Source: Candidatus Micrarchaeota archaeon (GTDB taxonomy: Archaea; Micrarchaeota; Micrarchaeia; Anstonellales; Bilamarchaeaceae). Taken from it: a DNA stretch of 43,830 nt. Positions 36,132-43,830 of the stretch are shown in pieces; positions within the stretch are counted from its first letter, which is position 1; each line of letters begins with the position of its first letter. The position numbers and the translations under genes were made by a program. Under the pieces are notes generated by a model. That model saw only the letters and a program-made list of their open reading frames with translations, made no database searches and was not told the origin of the DNA. The stretch is from positions 1-43,830 of the forward strand of contig JBDRLQ010000002.1 in assembly GCA_043812915.1 (NCBI GenBank), read 5' to 3'.

Positions 36132-38684
36132 ATGCCAGGAGTAGCTGATTTAGTCAGAGAAAGGTTCGGCGAACTTACCGAGATACAGAAACTCGCCATG
36201 CCCAAGCTGATTGCCAAGCAGAATGTCCTTATCCTGGCCCCGACCGGAAGCGGGAAGACTGAGGCGGCCCTCCTCCCGATCCTGGAGGATATCCGCCCGA
36301 TGGAAAGCGGGATATGCGCTCTTTATATCACCCCGCTCCGCAGCCTCAACCGGGACCTCTTGAGGAGGTTCTCCTGGTGGTGCGAGCGCCTTGGGATTAG
36401 CCACGGCATAAGGCATGGGGATACCAATACTTCTGAAAGGGCTAAACAAAGGAAGGCCCCTCCCAAGATTCTGCTAACTACCATAGAATCCCTCCAGGCA
36501 TTGCTGATGGGGAGGGTGCTGCGCAGGCACCTGCTCAATGTCAAGTGGGTAATCTGCGATGAGGTGCACGATGTCCTTGACAACAAGCGCGGGGTGCAGC
36601 TCTCCCTGGGCCTCGAGCGGCTTGCGGAGATTGCGGAATTCACGAGAATCGGGATAAGCGCCACAGTCGCCAATGAATCGGATGCGGGCATGCTGCTTTT
36701 CGGCAACAGGCCTTATTCGGTATGCGAGGCTGGCAAGAACCGGCACATGGACATCAGCGTTGAGGATTACAAGGAGCAGGGGCAGCGGGTGAGGCGGATT
36801 GCCGAACTTGCGACCAAGAACCGCTCCCTGGTTTTCGTGAATACCCGAAGTTCGGCAGAGGAAATCGGGGCATCCCTGATTGAGGTCAAGGCGCCAATCG
36901 AGGTTCACCACGGCTCGCTCGACAAGCAGGTCCGCGCTGACACCGAGGATAGGTTCAAGAACGGCGCGCTGCGCTCAGTTCTCTGTACATCCTCGCTTGA
37001 GCTCGGGATAGATGTGGGTGATGTTGACCTTGTCATCCAGAATGGTTCCCCGCACCAGGTCTCCAGGCTCATCCAGCGTGTCGGAAGGTCCGGCCATTCA
37101 CTGCAGGGAACCCCGAGGGGAGTTATGATAAGCACCGACTTCGATGACATGCTCGAGTGCGAGGTGGTGAAGATACTCGCGGCAAACGGCTGGATTGAGG
37201 ACAAGCCGATTGAGCGCGGTTCCCTGGATGTAATCGCCCACCAGGTGGTCGGGCTCTGCCTTGATTTCGGCAGGATGCCCCTTGCGAAGGTGCATAGCAT
37301 CCTCGGCCGCTCGTATGCTTATGGAATTGCCTATGAGAAGCTCAGGAAGATAGCCCTGCAGCTTTATGGGGAGGGCCTTTTGTTCTATGATGAGGCGCCT
37401 GATGGCACCATCTTCATCAAGGCAAAGATGAGGGCAAGGGAGTACTACTATTCATACCTTAGCACAATTCCGAAGATGAAGCGCTACCTGATGAAGGACA
37501 TCTCGGCCAACAGGATCGTTTCCAGCCTTGACGAGGAGTTTGTCGGCAGCCTGGATTCAGGCGCGAGTTTTCTCTCAAAAGGGAGGCCCTGGCGGGTCGT
37601 TGACATCACTGATGATGAGGTCCTCGCGGAGCCAGGCGGCTCCATGGACATAGCTGTCCCTGCATGGACTGGAGAAGACATCCCGGTTCCATTTGAAGTT
37701 GCGCAGGAAGTCGGCATTATCCGCCAGGGGTTCAGGAAAAAAGCGGATCCGATGCCTGACCACAAGACAGTCGTAATCGAGATGTTCAGCGATGTGATTG
37801 TTGTGCATGCATGCTTCGGCAGCAAGGTGAACGAGGGCATCTCGCGCATATTCGCGGACAACCTATCCAAGCTGGTCGGGGAAAGCGTGCATTCTGTTGC
37901 CGATCCATACCGCATAATGGTGAAGCTCCCCTTCGCGCTGAGGGAGGAGCACATTCTGCAGGCGTTCAGGATATCCGACGTCCGAAGCAGGCTGGAGCAG
38001 AGCCTGGCAGGCTCCCTGCTCCTGAAATTCAAGTTCACGCACGTTGGCAGGCTTTTTGGCCTGCTTTCGGAAGACGCGACCGTTGGCAAGCGCTTCATAG
38101 AGGCCATGCGCAACTCGGTTGTCTATGAGGAGGCGGTCCGCTCGGTATTCTTCAGGTATTTCGATGTTCCCAAGACTGAGGAGACCGTTGAGAAAATCAG
38201 GAAGGGCAGCATACAGCTTGTGGTGGACAAGCGGACAAAGCCGAGCTTCTTTGCCAAGCTCGGGATGGAAAGGGCTTCAGGAGGGGAGAAGCTTGGCGCT
38301 TTCGAGCCCAGGGAGAAGATGGTCGCTGCCTTCAAGGAGAATGCTCTCTCAAAGACGCTGCGCCTGCAGTGCCTCTCCTGCGCCTCTAAGAGGTTCATCC
38401 ACCTGGCAGGGGCGCCAGACATCATCAAATGCTCTAAATGCGGTCAGCCCTCCTACGCCCTTGCCAATCGGGATGGTGTTGCGACCGGCGATGCGGAGCT
38501 GTCCGCAACACTAATCCGGGAATTCGGAAAGAGGGGCCTTGTCGCCCTTTCTACATATGGGATCGGCCCGAAGACTGCCGACCGCGTTCTGCGCAAGATC
38601 CACAAGGATGAGAATCTTTTCTATCTTGACCTTTTGGAGGCGCAGAAGCATTTTATTAAGAACAAGAAATTCTGGAAGCCCTGA
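36132..38684 (+). CDS. lhr: Lhr-family SF2 ATP-dependent helicase
   Basis: APTGSGKT, YITPLRSL, DEVH, SAT, HHGSL, SLELGIDVG, QRVGRSGH; C-terminal CLSC..CSKC and YGIGPKTA. Confidence 0.92.
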   Translation: MPGVADLVRERFGELTEIQKLAMPKLIAKQNVLILAPTGSGKTEAALLPILEDIRPMESGICALYITPLRSLNRDLLRRFSWWCERLGISHGIRHGDTNTSERAKQRKAPPKILLTTIESLQALLMGRVLRRHLLNVKWVICDEVHDVLDNKRGVQLSLGLERLAEIAEFTRIGISATVANESDAGMLLFGNRPYSVCEAGKNRHMDISVEDYKEQGQRVRRIAELATKNRSLVFVNTRSSAEEIGASLIEVKAPIEVHHGSLDKQVRADTEDRFKNGALRSVLCTSSLELGIDVGDVDLVIQNGSPHQVSRLIQRVGRSGHSLQGTPRGVMISTDFDDMLECEVVKILAANGWIEDKPIERGSLDVIAHQVVGLCLDFGRMPLAKVHSILGRSYAYGIAYEKLRKIALQLYGEGLLFYDEAPDGTIFIKAKMRAREYYYSYLSTIPKMKRYLMKDISANRIVSSLDEEFVGSLDSGASFLSKGRPWRVVDITDDEVLAEPGGSMDIAVPAWTGEDIPVPFEVAQEVGIIRQGFRKKADPMPDHKTVVIEMFSDVIVVHACFGSKVNEGISRIFADNLSKLVGESVHSVADPYRIMVKLPFALREEHILQAFRISDVRSRLEQSLAGSLLLKFKFTHVGRLFGLLSEDATVGKRFIEAMRNSVVYEEAVRSVFFRYFDVPKTEETVEKIRKGSIQLVVDKRTKPSFFAKLGMERASGGEKLGAFEPREKMVAAFKENALSKTLRLQCLSCASKRFIHLAGAPDIIKCSKCGQPSYALANRDGVATGDAELSATLIREFGKRGLVALSTYGIGPKTADRVLRKIHKDENLFYLDLLEAQKHFIKNKKFWKP

Positions 38685-38790
38685 TTGCCAGGAAAGAGGA
38701 GGGGGTTGTGAACCAAAAGGACAGGCATGCCCCCTCTCCTCCCGCAGGATTGTGAATTAGTTACTAACATTTAAATAAGCTTGTCTCATT

Positions 38791-38810
38791 AATCCCACTT
38801 TGGTGGGATT
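38791..38810. promoter_or_regulatory. Perfect inverted repeat AATCCCAC-N4-GTGGGATT upstream of a TATA box
   Basis: Seen directly; TTTAAATA at 38823-38830. Confidence 0.5.
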
Positions 38811-38869
38811 TTTATAATAACCTTTAAATACTTTTTCTGCCCAAAATATTGTAATATCCCATAACATAG

Positions 38870-39694
38870 GTGACCAGTGTGGACAACAAGACTTTGAAGG
38901 CAGTACTCTGCAAGCCATCTTCCGATGCGCCCAGAAGGGCGCGAAACCGGGGACCGCAGCTCGAGGGGCTAGTCAGCATGCTTCCGGCGGCCGATAGAGT
39001 CATGAATATGTTCCTTAACGATAGGCAGAGGCAGCCCAAGCGCGAAGCCTGCGGAATAGCATTGCATGAGCTTATGGAAGCAGGATGCAAGGTTGGAACA
39101 GTTCCCAAACCCATGGGCTCTGGCGAATTGCTCGAGGTCCGGATGCCAAAGTGGATGGCCGAGAGGCTCCCCCAGTCCCAGGCCTGCCCGCCTTTAGATG
39201 ATGGCGAACTGGGCCCGCGCGTATCTTTCAAAGTGGAGCCTGGCAGGGATGGCCTCTACTCCGTCATGCCTAGGGCGTTCGATACTTTAGATTCAAGGAG
39301 GGATCCTGCGGATTTGGAGAATGTAGCCGAAGTCCTTCTTGTAATCCTCAAGTCTGCAGGGATGGGGCTTGCAGCAGCCGAGGTGGAAGAAGCCTTGAGG
39401 CCTGCATACGAGCTTCCGAAAACCGATCTGCGCGCCAGGATCTTCGGAAATGCCGGAATGGAAGCGCCCGCTCCCAGGAAAGCCGAAGCGCCCAGAGCCA
39501 AAGTTGAGAGCGTTTCGGACATAAAGGGCGAAGTGACCGGTGTGCACCGCATAGGGGATTCAGGCTCTGCAGACCCCGTAGCCAGTTCAGGCCTTTCAGA
39601 CAAGCATAACTCCGGCTCCGTCTTCGCAGACCCGCTCGATCAAATCAAACGGGCAATGAGCGCCCTTGCAATCGACAACTTCCGGATAAGATAA
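38870..39694 (+). CDS. Hypothetical protein
   Basis: 274-aa ORF with its own TATA and AGGTGA SD (start may be GTG 38879); T-rich 3' tract. Confidence 0.65.
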   Translation: MTSVDNKTLKAVLCKPSSDAPRRARNRGPQLEGLVSMLPAADRVMNMFLNDRQRQPKREACGIALHELMEAGCKVGTVPKPMGSGELLEVRMPKWMAERLPQSQACPPLDDGELGPRVSFKVEPGRDGLYSVMPRAFDTLDSRRDPADLENVAEVLLVILKSAGMGLAAAEVEEALRPAYELPKTDLRARIFGNAGMEAPAPRKAEAPRAKVESVSDIKGEVTGVHRIGDSGSADPVASSGLSDKHNSGSVFADPLDQIKRAMSALAIDNFRIR

Positions 39695-39740
39695 CGTTTT
39701 ATTCTTTCTTTCTCATTTTCCATACCAGAGGTTCTTCCAG

Positions 39741-40091
39741 ATGTACAAGCAGACCATTGTTGTTCGCACTGATTTGAATATGGGCAGGGGTAAGATTGCT
39801 GCCCAGGCTTCGCACGCCTCCCTTGCAGCCTATGAAAAAACGAAGAAGAATGATGCCGAGGCCGCTGCAGACTGGGAACGGATGGGAATGAAGAAAGTCG
39901 TGCTCAAGGTGCAGAGTGAGGACGAGCTTCTCGAGTATTACAACAAGGGGAAAGATGCCGGAATCCCGGTTGCCCTAATTCGTGATGCGGGTCACACGCA
40001 GGTTGAATCCGGTTCAATCACCTGCTTCGGCGCGGGCCCCTGGAACGAGGAAGAGCTCGACAAAATCTATGGAAAGCTCAAACTCCTGTAA
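39741..40091 (+). CDS. pth2: Peptidyl-tRNA hydrolase Pth2
   Basis: KQTIVVRTDLNMGRGKIAAQASHA, KKVVLK, IRDAGHTQ, GP. Confidence 0.96.
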   Translation: MYKQTIVVRTDLNMGRGKIAAQASHASLAAYEKTKKNDAEAAADWERMGMKKVVLKVQSEDELLEYYNKGKDAGIPVALIRDAGHTQVESGSITCFGAGPWNEEELDKIYGKLKLL

Positions 40092-40572
40092 TCCTCCTCA
40101 ACTCTCTGCTTATATCCTCTGTCAGAAGAATCTGCATCCGACGCGTCTCAGGAGTCCTCTCTTTGATCGGAATTCCTATGTGAACCGCCTCGTGCGAATT
40201 GAACTGCAGGCCATCTAAAGCATCCAAGTCACTTTTTGATATCATCCTCCTGAAAAAAAGCATTCTGTGGGTGGAAGTTGCTGTACCTCTCATTGAGCGA
40301 GCTAAATATGCAGCCATCATTATTCCCCGAAGGGTAGTCAGCAGTGGGAACACAACGAGCTGCGGTTCATCAAGAAGCATCCCAAGAGCTTCGTGCTCCT
40401 TGCTTGTAGAAAATGCGGCCAGTCTTCTTCCTACTAGGAGCACAAGGTTTGGATGCTCTGGGTCCTTGGTATAAAGGATGTGCTTATCCTCGAGTATGTG
40501 GGCCGCGCTAAAGGGTTTTCCTCGCCTTTCTGGATTCTTGCTGCGGAAATCTCTAATTTTGCTTGCTGGCAA
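40078..40572 (-). CDS. Hypothetical protein (start uncertain, possibly frameshifted from ATG 40579)
   Basis: 164-aa ORF with a TTG start filling the pth2-nurA gap; AT-rich promoter at 40590-40615. Confidence 0.5.
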   Translation of the reverse strand: MPASKIRDFRSKNPERRGKPFSAAHILEDKHILYTKDPEHPNLVLLVGRRLAAFSTSKEHEALGMLLDEPQLVVFPLLTTLRGIMMAAYLARSMRGTATSTHRMLFFRRMISKSDLDALDGLQFNSHEAVHIGIPIKERTPETRRMQILLTEDISRELRRITGV

Positions 40573-40636
40573 TTGCCATAGCTACCACAATTTATTATAA
40601 ATAAAAACAATAAATATCTATTGGAAAAACCAGTGT

Positions 40637-41644
40637 TCATCTGAACGGCCGGCAGTTCCTCCTAAGCGGTCGTATAGTGCCATTGGACAGCGCGAACAGC
40701 TGCTTCTTTACGCTCTCCATATCCACAGGATTCATTGCAGCACACATGTCCGCCTCTATCAGCACTGCTGGATATGCGAAGGTCCTGCTCACCGATGAGA
40801 GTGAGCACAAGACCGACGCCACATCATCCGCGCTCTTTCCGCAGTCGAGGAACTCAATCCGCAGCGGAAGGTCGTCCTTTGAAGGGCGGAGGTAGAATAC
40901 CTTCACATTATATGAGAAATCCTGCAGGTCTTTCAGCACCGGCTGTGAGTGGTCCGAATATGACATGGCGCATGTCCGCTCATCCTCACCAAGGAGATGG
41001 CTTGCGAGCAGGGTGTCCCCAACGCCAAGCCTGCAGCCAACGGATTCAACGAGCCGCTTTGCCCGGGTATCCTTAATCACTCCAACCAACTGGCAGTTCC
41101 TTTTCCCGCATTCGGCATACAGCTTCCTGTAAAGGGTAACTACGCCCTCATAAACCGGAAATAGCGGACTGCTCTCTGCAGGCCTGTCGGATGGTAGCGG
41201 AAGGATTGAGCCGTCCATGAGCAGGATATCCGGGTCTGATTTCTCAAGCGCGGAGATTGCAACGGAGACTTCCGCCTGCAGTCGCAGCAATGATTTCCAC
41301 AGCATTGACTCGTGTTCATCCAGCCCGGTTCCAATATCAAGGGAGTGCTCAGGGAACTTTGAGGGGAAATGCGAATGCGATTTCATAGAAGAGTCCTCAT
41401 AGGTGAAGTTCACAGCAACAGCTCTCGAAAGAAGGAGGTCCATTCCGTGCAGTCTCTCATAGATCAGACCCCCGTCAACACCACACACCGAAATGTCCAG
41501 CCCGCGCCTCTTCACCGGAAGGATAAGCCCCTTCTCGGCTGAGCTTGCAGGAGCGCCGCCATCCCTTATAACCTGTGCAATCTCCGCAAGCTCCGTTTCC
41601 CGGCTGGCAATAATCTCCGCCGCCTTCCTGATCCTCTCAAGCAT
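40637..41644 (-). CDS. nurA: NurA-family 5'-3' nuclease
   Basis: GVDGG, LMDGS, VGVIKD, LRIE and YPAVLIEAD motifs. Confidence 0.85.
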   Translation of the reverse strand: MLERIRKAAEIIASRETELAEIAQVIRDGGAPASSAEKGLILPVKRRGLDISVCGVDGGLIYERLHGMDLLLSRAVAVNFTYEDSSMKSHSHFPSKFPEHSLDIGTGLDEHESMLWKSLLRLQAEVSVAISALEKSDPDILLMDGSILPLPSDRPAESSPLFPVYEGVVTLYRKLYAECGKRNCQLVGVIKDTRAKRLVESVGCRLGVGDTLLASHLLGEDERTCAMSYSDHSQPVLKDLQDFSYNVKVFYLRPSKDDLPLRIEFLDCGKSADDVASVLCSLSSVSRTFAYPAVLIEADMCAAMNPVDMESVKKQLFALSNGTIRPLRRNCRPFR

Positions 41645-41697
41645 GGAAAAAAATCTGATGGGAATAGTTTAAATCCTTCCCCGACCACTATTTGGCT

Positions 41698-42213
41698 ATG
41701 GTTCTTTCGGATGTTGAAATAAAAAAAGCGCTCAGGGACGGCACCATGAAAATCAGGCCGCTAAAAACCGAGCAGATAGGGCCGGCGAGCGTAGACCTCA
41801 CAGTCAGTGACGAATGGCATTTTTTCAAGAAGCAGTATATTGGGAAGCTTGTCGATTTGGAAAAGGTCGATTTCAGGAAGGCCCACAAAAAAGTCAAGGC
41901 GGATTCAATAGAGCTCAAACCTGGCGAGATGTGCCTTGGAAAGACAATCGAGAAAATCACCCTCCCGGCGGACATGATGGGAAAGCTGGAAGGAAGAAGC
42001 AGGTACGCGAGGATGGGGATATCTGTACACATAACCTCCGCCATCGTGCAGCCTGGCTCCGACAACCACCAGGTGCTGGAAATAGTCAACATGGCGCCCT
42101 TCACGGTAAGGCTTCACAAGGGCATGAGAATATCGCAGGTAGTCTTCAAGAAGCTCACGAGCAAGAGCTCGAAGCCATATGCCAAGTACGGAAAAATAGC
42201 AAGGAGGCAATGA
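41698..42213 (+). CDS. dcd: dCTP deaminase
   Basis: LSD.EI, PASVDL, EGRSRYARMG, LEIVN, GMRISQ. Confidence 0.9.
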   Translation: MVLSDVEIKKALRDGTMKIRPLKTEQIGPASVDLTVSDEWHFFKKQYIGKLVDLEKVDFRKAHKKVKADSIELKPGEMCLGKTIEKITLPADMMGKLEGRSRYARMGISVHITSAIVQPGSDNHQVLEIVNMAPFTVRLHKGMRISQVVFKKLTSKSSKPYAKYGKIARRQ

Positions 42214-42214
42214 C

Positions 42215-42895
42215 ATGAAAAAAGCGAAAAAGGTGCAGAAGGAGGCTGAGAAGAAAGTTGAGAAAAAGGTGCCGCAGCTGCCCATGGTCCCGGTAGCCGT
42301 AATATCGATTGCCATACTGCTTGTCATCATGCTTTATTCCGGTAGCAGGTTCCAGCCGTTCCTCGAGTCAGCCAGGACGACAATATCCGAGGGGCCGCTC
42401 GAGAAGAATACCGTGCTCCAGCTAAAGAGCGGGGAGTCCTATACTTATGAGTATCGGCTTGAGAACACCACTCTTGATATGACCTTCAATGTCGGAAGGG
42501 GGCCCGGTTGCACGGTGCTCAACTATGCCGAGTCCACCAGTGTGGATGCCTGCCTTGACCAGTGGGGGAATGACTATTCAGGAATGAATACTTCCCTTGC
42601 GAATCCTATGCTCATCGTGTTCAAGCCCTGGATGCTCGCCGTTGATGGCGGGTGGGCATGGAGCGCCACCATGAACATGGCCTTCGAGGGTGTTGAAAAT
42701 GAAGTGCTTGAGCTGGAATACTCCACCGTAAGGCTCGATAAATACCGTGGTAGGAAGGCCTATGTGGTGAAGATATCCACGGGGGATGGCCCAGACACCT
42801 TCGTATGGGTGGATGGCGAGAAAAGGATAATGCTCAAGGAAATGGGAGAAGGATATGAAATAGAGCTGGTCAGAGGACTTGATTTCGAGGATTAG
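42215..42895 (+). CDS. Hypothetical membrane-anchored beta-rich protein
   Basis: Lys-rich N-terminus, a single TM helix, a Cys pair, C-terminal alternating beta pattern. Confidence 0.7.
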   Translation: MKKAKKVQKEAEKKVEKKVPQLPMVPVAVISIAILLVIMLYSGSRFQPFLESARTTISEGPLEKNTVLQLKSGESYTYEYRLENTTLDMTFNVGRGPGCTVLNYAESTSVDACLDQWGNDYSGMNTSLANPMLIVFKPWMLAVDGGWAWSATMNMAFEGVENEVLELEYSTVRLDKYRGRKAYVVKISTGDGPDTFVWVDGEKRIMLKEMGEGYEIELVRGLDFED

Positions 42896-43071
42896 TTCTC
42901 TGCCCTGACCACGGAGAGTGGAATTACGTTCTTGTCCAGTTCCGACTGCGCGACTTCGATGAAACTAGTGCTCTTGTTGCTCACTTTAATGAGTGGCGGT
43001 GCTCCACATGAGAGCTGAAGCGCCCTTGCTCCGATGATGCGTGCGAGCTCATATTTTGTTAAATCCATCAT
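42892..43071 (-). CDS. rpoK: DNA-directed RNA polymerase subunit K (Rpo6)
   Basis: LTKYELARIIGARALQLS.GAP ... A..EL...IPL.V.R. Confidence 0.95.
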   Translation of the reverse strand: MMDLTKYELARIIGARALQLSCGAPPLIKVSNKSTSFIEVAQSELDKNVIPLSVVRAEN

Positions 43072-43102
43072 GAACCACCAATAATAAGCATGACTCATTA
43101 GC

Positions 43103-43830
43103 TTACAAAACAATATAAAGCAATCCCTTTTTGCTCACCGTGAGGGCAGTTTCCCCAGAGAAGTCGAATGTGCGGGCATAGCCCTTTTCGACCTTTATCC
43201 TCATGCCTGGCCTTATCGGTGCTCCGCGGTCATCGAATAGGTATACCAGGCCTTCATTGCCATCTCCATCGGCAATGACCATTCTGGTGTATGAAGCCTT
43301 CTGCTTCTTGCTCTTCTGGTATTCGCCTATCTCGGCATTCTTCACGAGAAGTATCTCAGTATTGATATTCCTCATCCTGTCGTTTATCTGGGTAATATGG
43401 GTAATCTTGGTCTCCTTGAACTTCTTCTTTGCCATGCTGAAGGCGAGCTTGATGTCCGTTTCTGCGGAGGATACCATGCGCTTCATTTCCTTTTTCATCA
43501 GCTCGTCATCCCCCTCCGAGAGCATCATGGTCTCATATGCCTTCTTGACGAGGGTATCCGGCATCTTCTCTATATGGCTCTCTTCATGTATCTCCTTTTC
43601 CTCGTCCCTTTCAATCTCCTGGATCTCCCGTGTTATCAGCTCATGCCTGTGCTCTTTCGTGCCAAGCTCCCCAAGCTCCCCGGCAAGCTCCTCATTCACC
43701 TTCTGGATCTCTTCTGGGGCTCCGTTCCCTTCAGGGACTTCATCCTCCTCCTGGCCGTTGTGGTTGATGTCGGAAACGACTTCGAGGTAGCTGGTGAGGA
43801 ACTCCTGCATCGCCTTCCTGCCGCTCTCCT
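43103..43830 (-). CDS. C-terminal part of a protein with an acidic/coiled region and an RPA/SSB-like OB fold
   Basis: Frame stays open to the window edge. C-terminal ITQI..INTEI..MVIADGDG..VYLFD..IRPGMRIKVEKGY pattern. Confidence 0.6.
   Translation of the reverse strand, partial: ESGRKAMQEFLTSYLEVVSDINHNGQEEDEVPEGNGAPEEIQKVNEELAGELGELGTKEHRHELITREIQEIERDEEKEIHEESHIEKMPDTLVKKAYETMMLSEGDDELMKKEMKRMVSSAETDIKLAFSMAKKKFKETKITHITQINDRMRNINTEILLVKNAEIGEYQKSKKQKASYTRMVIADGDGNEGLVYLFDDRGAPIRPGMRIKVEKGYARTFDFSGETALTVSKKGLLYIVL

Noticed and set aside
1..43830. CRISPR array, rRNA, inteins
   Set aside because: No regularly spaced repeats and no non-coding gap long enough for 16S/23S rRNA. PolB and Lhr are of normal length with no intein-like inserts.

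Overview
Archaeal chromosomal segment. AglB, GatDE, Pus10, Rpo6, FtsZ, GGGP synthase, NurA, Nre, TTTAAA/TTTATA TATA boxes and GGTGA/GGAGG SD motifs support this. A DPANN/Micrarchaeota-like host is my inference, not shown by the sequence. Contents: a riboflavin cluster (ribB, an in-frame archaeal riboflavin synthase-lumazine synthase fusion, bacterial-type ribA and ribD), pyrimidine genes (pyrD/pyrK, a nucleoside phosphorylase, a PRTase), ftsZ-aglB-gatD-gatE, ether-lipid genes, pus10, a PolB gene broken by a -1 frameshift, repair genes (nre, lhr, nurA), a SerK/SbnI-like kinase, tRNA-Gly(GCC), pth2, dcd, rpoK and many ORFans. I found no CRISPR array, integrase or transposase. The best leads are the RibC-RibH fusion, a triple Xis/BldC-like HTH protein next to a 1035-aa helical-repeat protein, two tandem promoter-SD-uORF-ORFan units with Cys-rich +1 frames, and a membrane-anchored triple-thioredoxin protein. 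All calls come from reading motifs by eye; no searches were run.
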